Source of the DNA: Acidimicrobiales bacterium | GTDB lineage: Bacteria; Actinomycetota; Acidimicrobiia; Acidimicrobiales; Bog-793 | Length of the DNA stretch: 64,000 bases | Assembly (NCBI GenBank): GCA_049523315.1 | Contig: JBEKMZ010000004.1 | Span: forward strand, 15,980-79,979 | Reading direction: 5' to 3' | Part shown: piece after piece, positions 57,544 to 64,000 of the stretch | Numbering within the stretch: position 1 is the first letter of the stretch | Layout: the number at the start of each line of letters is the position of its first letter | Notes under the pieces: model-generated | Seen by the model: the letters and a program-made list of their open reading frames with translations, nothing else | Database searches by the model: none | What the model was told of the DNA's origin: nothing | Position numbers and translations under genes: made by a program

Positions 57544-58100
57544 TGGGCGTTGCTGTCCTGAAAAGCGCTCTGCCGGCCTTCGCGAAGGACCTCCGGCTCA
57601 ACCTCGACTCCACCATCGCCGTCTCGACCCTGCCCGAGCAGCGCCTCTGGGGCACCGTGCTGGCGACGGCGGTCGCCTCCCGAGGAAGGCGTGCCCTCCT
57701 GGAGCTTGCCGATGAGGCGAAACAACACCTCTCCGGAGAGGCCTTCGACGCTGCCAAGGCCGCTGCGGCCGTCATGGCGATGAACAACATCTACTACCGG
57801 AGCAAGCATCTGTTGGCTGACGAAGGGGCGAAGGACTACGAGGATGTCCCCGCTCGGCTTCGCATGCAGGCGATCGCCACGCGGGGCGGTGTCGACGCCG
57901 AGGACTTCGAGTTCTGGTGCTTCGCCGTGAGCGCCGTGAACGGCTGTGGCGGATGCCTGGCGGCGCACGAGCACAAGCTGCGCGAGCTCGGCTTGAGCAG
58001 GGAGCAGATCCACGAGGCGCTCAGGATCGCGTCTGTCGTCCACGCCGTGGCGGTCACACTCGAGGCGGAGGACGCGACGGCCGGGGTCCCCGTCGTCTGA
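57543..58100 (+). CDS. ahpD: Alkylhydroperoxidase AhpD (carboxymuconolactone decarboxylase family)
   Basis: '[23 protein letters not shown]' carries the CxxC redox motif. Its start overlaps the ahpC stop (TGATG). Confidence 0.9.
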   Translation: MGVAVLKSALPAFAKDLRLNLDSTIAVSTLPEQRLWGTVLATAVASRGRRALLELADEAKQHLSGEAFDAAKAAAAVMAMNNIYYRSKHLLADEGAKDYEDVPARLRMQAIATRGGVDAEDFEFWCFAVSAVNGCGGCLAAHEHKLRELGLSREQIHEALRIASVVHAVAVTLEAEDATAGVPVV

Positions 58101-58175
58101 TCTCACTTGCCCACGGGCCGAGCGCACTCAGTGACCGAGCGCGCCGGGCCTCACGCTTTTCAGAGCGGGCGCGAC

Positions 58176-59399
58176 CTAGGACAACAGGCGTCCCGCCAAG
58201 ACCGCCAACGCCCGGGTCGTGGCGTAGAGGTCGCTGACCGGGACGTGCTCGTCAGGCCGGTGGGCGATCGTCACATCGCCAGGGCCGAAGACCACCGCCG
58301 CAGAACCTGCGGCCTCGTACCAGGCGGCATCGGTTGCAAAGCGCATTCCCCGGCGATACTCCGCCACGGTGCCGCCGAGGTCGGCGATGGCGCGATTGAG
58401 GGCACGCTCCAGGCCCGAGGAGCCCCCGCCCTTCAAGGCCGGGAAGGCAACGGTCCGCGTCATCTCCCAGCTGAGCCCGGGGCGCTCGCCTTTGAGCCGG
58501 CTCAAGAGGTGCCGCAGCTGCTCCTCGGCCCCATCGAGGCTCTCGGAGGGGAGAACGCGGCGGTCCACGGTGAGCTTGCAGCAGTCGGCGACGGTCGAGG
58601 GACCTCGGCCACCTTCGACGAGCCCGATCGAGATCGTCGCCGGCCCGATCCCAGGGAAGGGGAACTTCGCCAGGCGGCCGTTCTCAGCCTCCACGAGGCG
58701 AATGAAAGCGGCGGCGTCGTGGATCGCGTTGCGGCCGTCCTCGGGATGCGAGCTGTGCACCGCCGTGCCGGAGAAGGTGATCTCGAAGTTGAGCTGCCCG
58801 TTGCCGACCCCGAGCACGCACCCGCTCGAGGGCTCGGCGACGACGACCCAGTCGGCGCGACGGCTGGCGGCCGCTCTCCTCGCGCCGGCGGAGGCGGCCT
58901 CTTCGTCGATAACGGCGTGAAGGGCGAGCGTGCCGCTTAGCTCGAAACCGGATCTCTTGAGCGCGAGCAGAGCCGCCGTCATGGCGGCCAGGCCCGCTTT
59001 CATGTCGCAGGCGCCCCGCCCGAAGAGGAGGCCCTCGCAAAAGCTCGGCTCGAAAGGGCGGCGGCGCGTCCAGCCTTCGCCGGCCGGCACGGTGTCGAGG
59101 TGGCCGCACAGCACGAGCGTCGGCCCGGAGACGCCGATCGTGGCGTACAGGTTCGGCCGGCCCGGCTCCACTTCCTCGAGGTCCCCGGCGACGCCCCGGT
59201 CCTCGAGGAATGACGACAGGTACTTCGCGCACGCCCGCTCGTTGCCGGGAGGGTTCTCGCTCGGCCGGGCGATCAGGCCGCAGGCGAGCTCGAGCGCCTC
59301 GCGCTCGTCGATCACCTCGAGGATGCGGCGATCGCGATCATCGAGGCACCCGGCGGCTCCGTCGGCGCCGTTTGTGCCCGGGGCCGACGGGGGGACCAT
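58176..59399 (-). CDS. M20-family metallopeptidase/deacylase (ArgE/DapE-like)
   Basis: 'LVLCGHLDTVPAGEGW' and 'GLLFGRGACDMKAGLAAM' are the M20 metal-binding and catalytic motifs. Confidence 0.85.
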   Translation of the reverse strand: MVPPSAPGTNGADGAAGCLDDRDRRILEVIDEREALELACGLIARPSENPPGNERACAKYLSSFLEDRGVAGDLEEVEPGRPNLYATIGVSGPTLVLCGHLDTVPAGEGWTRRRPFEPSFCEGLLFGRGACDMKAGLAAMTAALLALKRSGFELSGTLALHAVIDEEAASAGARRAAASRRADWVVVAEPSSGCVLGVGNGQLNFEITFSGTAVHSSHPEDGRNAIHDAAAFIRLVEAENGRLAKFPFPGIGPATISIGLVEGGRGPSTVADCCKLTVDRRVLPSESLDGAEEQLRHLLSRLKGERPGLSWEMTRTVAFPALKGGGSSGLERALNRAIADLGGTVAEYRRGMRFATDAAWYEAAGSAAVVFGPGDVTIAHRPDEHVPVSDLYATTRALAVLAGRLLS

Positions 59400-59435
59400 A
59401 CTTCGCCAAGCTATGGCAAAGCGAGAGGAGACGTC

Positions 59436-60341
59436 GTGACGACTACAGGGGTCGAAGGGCCCGCGGCTAGGAAGGTGGGCTTCGCCGGTCTCGGGACGAT
59501 GGGCTCGGCCATGGCGGCCAACCTGGCCCGGGCCGGGTTCGAGCTAAGGGTGTGGAACCGCACCCCGGGTCGGGCCGGTGCGCTAGTGGCGCTCGGTGCC
59601 ATCGAGGTCGCAAGCCCGCGCGAGCTGGCGGGCGCGTCCGAGGTCGTCGTGACGTGTGTGACCGATTCGCCTCAGGTTGGCGAGGTCATCTTCGGGCCCG
59701 ACGGCCTGGCCGAGGGTTTCGCCCCTGGCTCGCTTTTGATCGACTGCTCGACGATCAGCCCGGCGAGCGCCCGGGAGTTCGCGGCGCGCCTGGAGGCTCA
59801 TGGCGTCGCCATGCTCGATGCGCCAGTCTCGGGCGGCTCGGAGGGTGCGGTGGCCGGGACGCTGACGATCATGGTCGGTGGACAGGCCGCCGAGCTCGAT
59901 CGGGCCCGCGACGTCCTCTCCGCCATGGGCCACACGATCACACATCTCGGCCCGGTCGGATCTGGTCAGGTCGCCAAGGCCGTCAACCAGGTGATCCTGT
60001 GCGGCACCTACCTGGGCGTGGCGGAGGGGATCGTGCTCGCATTGAAGTCCGGCATGGACGCCGCGGCCGTGGTGAGCGCGCTTTCGGGCGGGGCGGCGGG
60101 CTCGTGGATCCTCCAGAACCGCTCCGGGCGCATGATCGAGGACAGCTACCCGCTCGGTTTTAAGATCGCGCTGCACCGAAAGGACATGGCGATCGCGCTC
60201 GAGCTCGCCCGCAGCATCGGGGCCGTGCTCCCGGTCGCCTCGCTGGCGGCGTGCTTCGAGGACGGCCTGGTCGCCAACGGGCATGGCGACGACGACAACT
60301 CCGCCCTCGCCCGCATCATCCGCAGCCTCTCCGGCATCTGA
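59436..60341 (+). CDS. NAD(P)-dependent 3-hydroxyisobutyrate/2-hydroxy-3-oxopropionate reductase family oxidoreductase
   Basis: 'VGFAGLGTMGSAMAANLARAGFELRVWNRT' and 'GSGQVAKAVNQVI' form the HIBADH-type fold signature. Confidence 0.85.
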   Translation: MTTTGVEGPAARKVGFAGLGTMGSAMAANLARAGFELRVWNRTPGRAGALVALGAIEVASPRELAGASEVVVTCVTDSPQVGEVIFGPDGLAEGFAPGSLLIDCSTISPASAREFAARLEAHGVAMLDAPVSGGSEGAVAGTLTIMVGGQAAELDRARDVLSAMGHTITHLGPVGSGQVAKAVNQVILCGTYLGVAEGIVLALKSGMDAAAVVSALSGGAAGSWILQNRSGRMIEDSYPLGFKIALHRKDMAIALELARSIGAVLPVASLAACFEDGLVANGHGDDDNSALARIIRSLSGI

Positions 60342-60351
60342 GGGCCGGGGG

Positions 60352-61059
60352 CTACTCGCCGGAAGGTCCCCCGGCCACATGGACGATCACGAACGGGGTC
60401 AGCTCGTCGCCCTGGCCCATGGGGTTGTCGAGCAGGACGAGACGTGCGGTCGCCTTGTCGAGGGGCATGTCGGGGCTCATCCCGAGCACCTCGACGTTGA
60501 TGTTGTTGCCGTCGATGATCACCACCGGGTGGCCGAGGAAGCGGGCGAAGCTCGCGCAGGCCTTGTCCGGGTCCGCGGGCCCGAGCATGGCGAACTCGTC
60601 GAAGGGCGCGACCGTGTCCGGGTTGAAGCCGTCGATCTCGGCGATGCGGTGGCCGGCTATCCGGTAGAAATCCCCGTGGCGCCCGAACAGCTTGGTGATC
60701 CCCCCGACCACCATCGCGAGAGCCGCCCGCGTGGAGCCGGTCTGCATGATGGCGACCTGCATCTTGCGCGGGTCTGAGAAGGCGACGTCATTTGCGTACT
60801 TGCGGGTGCCCTTGACGATGAGTTTGGCGAGCGGCCCGGGACGGACGACCGAGTAGTGGACGACGCGGCCCTCGGAGATGGCAACGACCTTCTCCGACAT
60901 CGCCACCCAGTCGCCTTTTTTGAGAAGCGGCCGAACGTGGGTGTCCAAGAGCGGCTCGAGGTCCTCTTTGATGTGGATCAGGTGCGTGTGCACCAAGACG
61001 CGCTCGTAGGTTCGCCGACCGATCTCGACTGCCGCCACCGGGCCTTGGTCCGCGACCAT
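60352..61059 (-). CDS. Stand-alone CofE-superfamily (F420-0:gamma-glutamyl ligase-like) protein, divergent motifs
   Basis: 'KKGDWVAMSEKVVAISEGRVV' parallels CofE 'GD.lvv.s.viSKAEGR'. 'IAEIDGFN' parallels 'NAGIDASN'. 'VVIIDGNNINVEVLG' replaces the 'IITDTNGR' motif. 'LLDNPMGQGDELTPFVIV' parallels 'LLMGEGG.G.P.VvvRG'. The comparison is from memory of archaeal CofE. Confidence 0.6.
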   Translation of the reverse strand: MVADQGPVAAVEIGRRTYERVLVHTHLIHIKEDLEPLLDTHVRPLLKKGDWVAMSEKVVAISEGRVVHYSVVRPGPLAKLIVKGTRKYANDVAFSDPRKMQVAIMQTGSTRAALAMVVGGITKLFGRHGDFYRIAGHRIAEIDGFNPDTVAPFDEFAMLGPADPDKACASFARFLGHPVVIIDGNNINVEVLGMSPDMPLDKATARLVLLDNPMGQGDELTPFVIVHVAGGPSGE

Positions 61060-61084
61060 CAGCTCCCGCCCTCAGCTGGCGAGG

Positions 61085-62917
61085 TCATCGGACCGCCACC
61101 GGCGAGTCGACATAGCGCTGTAGCCAAAGCTCGGTCACGAGCACGCGCCAGAACGCGAGCCCGTCGCCCGGCTTGCCGGCGAGCCAGGCGTCGAGCTCTT
61201 CGACGAGACGGGCTGGGTCGAAGATTCCCCGGGAGGCCAGTGCCGGGGAGGAGAAGACCTCGCGGATCTGCGCGACCCGCTCGCGCGTCCAGGCAGCCTC
61301 CGGATTTGTGAAGCCGATCTTGGAGCGCCTCGTCCGGTTGGCCTCGGGCATCTTTCCTTTCATGGCCTGACGGTACACGTAGCGGTTCCACCCTCTCTTG
61401 ATCTTCTGGTCGATCGGCAGCTTGAAGACGAACTCGACCAGCTCGTGGTCCAAGAACGGGACCCTCGACTCGATCGAGAAGGCCATCGAGTTCTTGTCCT
61501 CGTAGCGCAAGAGGTTGGGCGTCGAGTACCGCAGGACGTCGTCGGCGAGCCGGGTGTTCAAGTTGCGGCTCGGGTGGTAGTCGAACTCGGCGAGCTCCAA
61601 GGGCGTGGCCGTGAGCAGCTCCGGCATCGAAAAGGGTCGCTTCGCGCCCGGGCGCCGCGTGGAGAGGAGCTCGCGGGCGTAGCTCTTGTACAGGTCGCGC
61701 CCCAGCATCGCCTCGCGGGCCGCGGCAAGGTAATGGCGCTGGTCGACGGCCGAGCTCAGATAGGTGCGGAAGTAGGGGAGGTAGCCGGCGAGGAGCTCGT
61801 CACCCCCGTTGCCGGACAGGATCACCTTCACCTGGCCCTTTGCGATCCGGTAGACCGAGTAGTAGGCGTACGGCGCCGAGGAGATCGTCGGCTCTTCTTG
61901 ATACCAGACCCATTCCATGATCTCGTCCCAGAACTGCTCCACCGTCGGGTAGGCATAGTGCGGGACGCTTCTTACATGTCGTTCGACGGAATGAACGTAG
62001 TCACTCTCGTCAATGCTCTGGCCCGGGTACAGGGCGGAGAAGGTGTGAAGCGAGCCCTCGGTGTGGGTGTCGGTTCCCGAGCCCATGAGTGCGGCCATGA
62101 CCGAGGAGACGCCGCTCGAGTCGAGGCCGCCGGAGAGCGACACGCCGACCGGTACGTCCGCGATCATGTGTCGGCGGATCACCCGCTCGAACAAGTCCGC
62201 GAAGCTCTCGGCGTACTCGGTGTCACCGAGCGACGACGAGAACTCGGGGTTCACCTCCGGCGACCAGTACTTGGTCGTGGTCGTGCGGCCGTCCGCGCCG
62301 ACGGTCATGTGGTGACCTGGCAGGAGCCGCTTGACGCCGGCGAAGAACGTCTCCTCGCCGGCGTCGTGCACCCGGTGGAGCAAGAAGCGGTAGAGCACGG
62401 CCATGTCGGGAGCGCGTGGGACCCTGGGGTCCTGGAAGAGCGCCTTCAGCTCCGAGGCGAAGCAGAAACGGCCCGGGGCAAGGTTGTAGTAGAGCGGTTT
62501 TATCCCGAGCCGGTCGCGGGCGAGGTACATGACGTGGCGGCGCGGGTCGACAACGGCGAAGGCGAACATGCCCACGAGGTGGGTGACACACGAGTCGCCC
62601 CACTGCTCATAGGCGCGCAGCACCGTCTCTGTGTCCGAGTGGTCCGAGACGAAGCGGTGCCCCGCCCGGACGAGCTCTGTGCGCAACTCGGCGTTGTTGT
62701 AGAGCTCGCCGTTGAAGACGATGCACGCCCCGGTCTCGCGCGAGCGGATCGGCTGCTCGCCGCCCTCGATGTCGATGATCGAGAGGCGCCGCATCCCGAC
62801 GGTGAACTCCTCGCCCAGCTCCGCCCCCCACGAGTCGGGCCCACGGTGCTCGATCGAGGCCAGCATGGCATCGAGCAGCCCAGGGTCGCGGCCGGTGAAC
62901 CCGGCTATGCCGCACAC
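61085..62917 (-). CDS. asnB: Asparagine synthase (glutamine-hydrolysing) family amidotransferase (AsnB/LtsA-like)
   Basis: 'MCGIAGF' gives the Ntn Cys2. 'HRGPD' and 'FNGELYN' are present, and the PP-loop is 'VGVSLSGGLDSS'. Confidence 0.9.
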   Translation of the reverse strand: MCGIAGFTGRDPGLLDAMLASIEHRGPDSWGAELGEEFTVGMRRLSIIDIEGGEQPIRSRETGACIVFNGELYNNAELRTELVRAGHRFVSDHSDTETVLRAYEQWGDSCVTHLVGMFAFAVVDPRRHVMYLARDRLGIKPLYYNLAPGRFCFASELKALFQDPRVPRAPDMAVLYRFLLHRVHDAGEETFFAGVKRLLPGHHMTVGADGRTTTTKYWSPEVNPEFSSSLGDTEYAESFADLFERVIRRHMIADVPVGVSLSGGLDSSGVSSVMAALMGSGTDTHTEGSLHTFSALYPGQSIDESDYVHSVERHVRSVPHYAYPTVEQFWDEIMEWVWYQEEPTISSAPYAYYSVYRIAKGQVKVILSGNGGDELLAGYLPYFRTYLSSAVDQRHYLAAAREAMLGRDLYKSYARELLSTRRPGAKRPFSMPELLTATPLELAEFDYHPSRNLNTRLADDVLRYSTPNLLRYEDKNSMAFSIESRVPFLDHELVEFVFKLPIDQKIKRGWNRYVYRQAMKGKMPEANRTRRSKIGFTNPEAAWTRERVAQIREVFSSPALASRGIFDPARLVEELDAWLAGKPGDGLAFWRVLVTELWLQRYVDSPVAVR

Positions 62918-62932
62918 AGTGGTCTGTCGGGC

Positions 62933-63691
62933 CTACGAGGTGGTAGTAGTGGGAATGGTCGTGACCGTCGCCCCGGCCGGGACCTCGAACAACGATGCCG
63001 GCGGAGACCACGAGTAGCTCTTGATCTCGAACTCGGCGGACTTAGCCGCCGCGCTCACGTAGCCGAGGATCCCCTGGGCGGTCACGCACACCTCGCTCGT
63101 GGTCTGGTTCGGCTTCTTGCCGCTCACTACCACGGCACAGGTCAACTTGAAGCCGTTGACCGTCATGGACGCCGAGCTGATCGTGACACCGTGCAGGGCA
63201 GCGGCGACCGAGTAGATCTTGAGGAAGTCGATCCAGTACGCACCCGAGTAGAGGGCGTAGGCCAACTTGGAGGTGTTGAGGCCGGAGAGGTCGGTCTTGA
63301 GGCACTGCCACGCCGCGCTCGCCGAGGAGCGACTGCACTCGAACTGGCCCGCGGTGCTGGCAAACAGCCGCGTCTGAGCTCCGCTCGAGGTCGTGTCGAC
63401 GAAGGCAAAGTCATGTGGGGGCGTGGCTGCGTAACTGATCGTCGCCGGCGAACTACCCGTGGTCACCCAGGTCGCGTCGTACGACGTCGTCGAGTCGCCT
63501 GCCTTGATCTTCGCGCTAAGCGAGTTGATCGCGGCGCTGCCGTGCAACAGGTTGTGAACGGCCTTGACCGCGTTGACGGCCTTGCTGATTGCGCTGCAGC
63601 CCGTCAGCCCGAGAGCGAGCGGGATGACGACCACTGCCACTGCGATCGTCTGGCGACGAGAAGCTCGATGGGCCCGCCCAGGATGGATCAT
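62933..63691 (-). CDS. Lipoprotein, hypothetical
   Basis: The leader 'RRQTIAVAVVVIPLALGLTGCSA' has a lipobox (L-T-G-C). The mature domain has two Cys pairs and a C-terminal Thr-rich tail. It lies 15 nt upstream of asnB on the same strand. Confidence 0.65.
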   Translation of the reverse strand: MIHPGRAHRASRRQTIAVAVVVIPLALGLTGCSAISKAVNAVKAVHNLLHGSAAINSLSAKIKAGDSTTSYDATWVTTGSSPATISYAATPPHDFAFVDTTSSGAQTRLFASTAGQFECSRSSASAAWQCLKTDLSGLNTSKLAYALYSGAYWIDFLKIYSVAAALHGVTISSASMTVNGFKLTCAVVVSGKKPNQTTSEVCVTAQGILGYVSAAAKSAEFEIKSYSWSPPASLFEVPAGATVTTIPTTTTS

Positions 63692-63840
63692 CGTGTCACC
63701 TCGCAGCTCTGGGTCGTAGGTTGATGCCCCAGGATAGATGGTGCACAGCCCCTCGTCGGCGACCTGCCCGAAAGGGCCGCCTCGCAAGCCCGCTCGCGCG
63801 TACGGGGCTTGCGAAGTTGATTCCAGACTGTTTCGATCGG

Positions 63841-63846
63841 TATAAT
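63841..63846 (+). promoter_or_regulatory. Candidate -10 hexamer TATAAT for a leaderless transcript
   Basis: A perfect TATAAT sits in a local AT-rich patch ('ggTATAATagaaatATGtac'). The A of the ATG (63853) lies 7 nt after the hexamer, which is the geometry of actinobacterial leaderless mRNAs. Confidence 0.35.
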
Positions 63847-63852
63847 AGAAAT

Positions 63853-64000
63853 ATGTACTCGCCCCCTCGCCTGCCGGCGGCACAGCAAGCTAGCGGTGTG
63901 CGAGACGGTTCGATAAGCCGGCAGCGACAGGAGGACTTGGCAGACGAGGTGCTCGGCGTCGCGGCGGACACGATGGAGCGCTTGCGCGGGAGAGGGGGAG
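63853..64000 (+). CDS. Partial ORF running off the window end, hypothetical
   Basis: 'MYSPPRLPAAQQASGVRDGSISRQRQEDLADEVLGVAADTMERLRGRG...' has no stop before the window end. I recognise no family. Confidence 0.25.
   Translation, partial: MYSPPRLPAAQQASGVRDGSISRQRQEDLADEVLGVAADTMERLRGRGG

Noticed and set aside
61445-63724. A 759-aa plus-strand ORF opposite asnB and the lipoprotein gene
   Set aside because: It runs antisense to a textbook asparagine synthase. It is a low-complexity Arg/Gly/Val/Asp translation and a shadow ORF.

Overview
The window is 64 kb of visibly GC-rich, tightly packed bacterial chromosome. Many adjacent genes overlap by 4 nt at their stop and start codons, and every real gene carries long spurious antisense ORFs, as is typical at high GC. 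The gene content points to Actinomycetota: mycothiol-type and F420/LLM-type enzymes, AhpC-AhpD, a Cys-less DksA-like protein, and a 'GYWxV..G.V..FGDA' repeat protein. An Acidimicrobiia-like host is my inference only. I found no rRNA, tRNA, CRISPR array, transposase or integrase. Layout: (1) 0-6.7 kb holds a Cys-rich hypothetical, an L,D-transpeptidase, a DUF3817 membrane protein, a Cys-less DksA/TraR-like protein, NDH-2 and a USP. (2) 6.9-14.8 kb is a self-contained heme-copper oxidase island. The plus strand carries a cupredoxin, coxII, coxI, a coxIII-like gene, a mini-ORF and ctaG. It converges on ctaB, SCO and an unknown gene on the minus strand. (3) 15-18.2 kb holds an MFS transporter, a YoaK-like protein and a decayed GNAT gene with an in-frame TAG. 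(4) 18.2-26.8 kb is a complete leucine/isovalerate catabolic operon ending in acetoacetyl-CoA synthetase. (5) 26.8-34 kb holds a tartrate-dehydrogenase-family gene, a decayed patch (ThDP-enzyme and methyltransferase fragments), a cupin, a flavin reductase, a beta-ureidopropionase-like/dihydropyrimidinase/LLM operon, and a mycothiol-type class III ADH. (6) 34-42 kb holds a TetR-MFS pair, a frameshifted dienelactone hydrolase, a DinB-like protein and a heterodimeric ABC exporter. (7) 42.1-49.3 kb holds an ABC ATPase fused in frame to a LuxR-type HTH, then livJHMGF. (8) 49.4-56.8 kb holds a DUF3089 hydrolase, a BNR propeller protein and a 1617-aa sedolisin with IPT, FN3 and propeller-repeat domains. 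(9) 56.9-60.3 kb holds ahpCD, an M20 peptidase and an HIBADH-family reductase. (10) 60.35-63.7 kb is a lipoprotein/AsnB/CofE-like operon. There are four best candidates for something undescribed: the variant-CuA cupredoxin that heads the oxidase operon (with other unusual parts of that island), the lipoprotein-AsnB-CofE-like operon, the LLM-containing pyrimidine/hydantoin operon that has no dihydropyrimidine dehydrogenase in view, and the ABC-ATPase::LuxR-HTH chimera. All family assignments come from motif recognition by eye. No database search was run.
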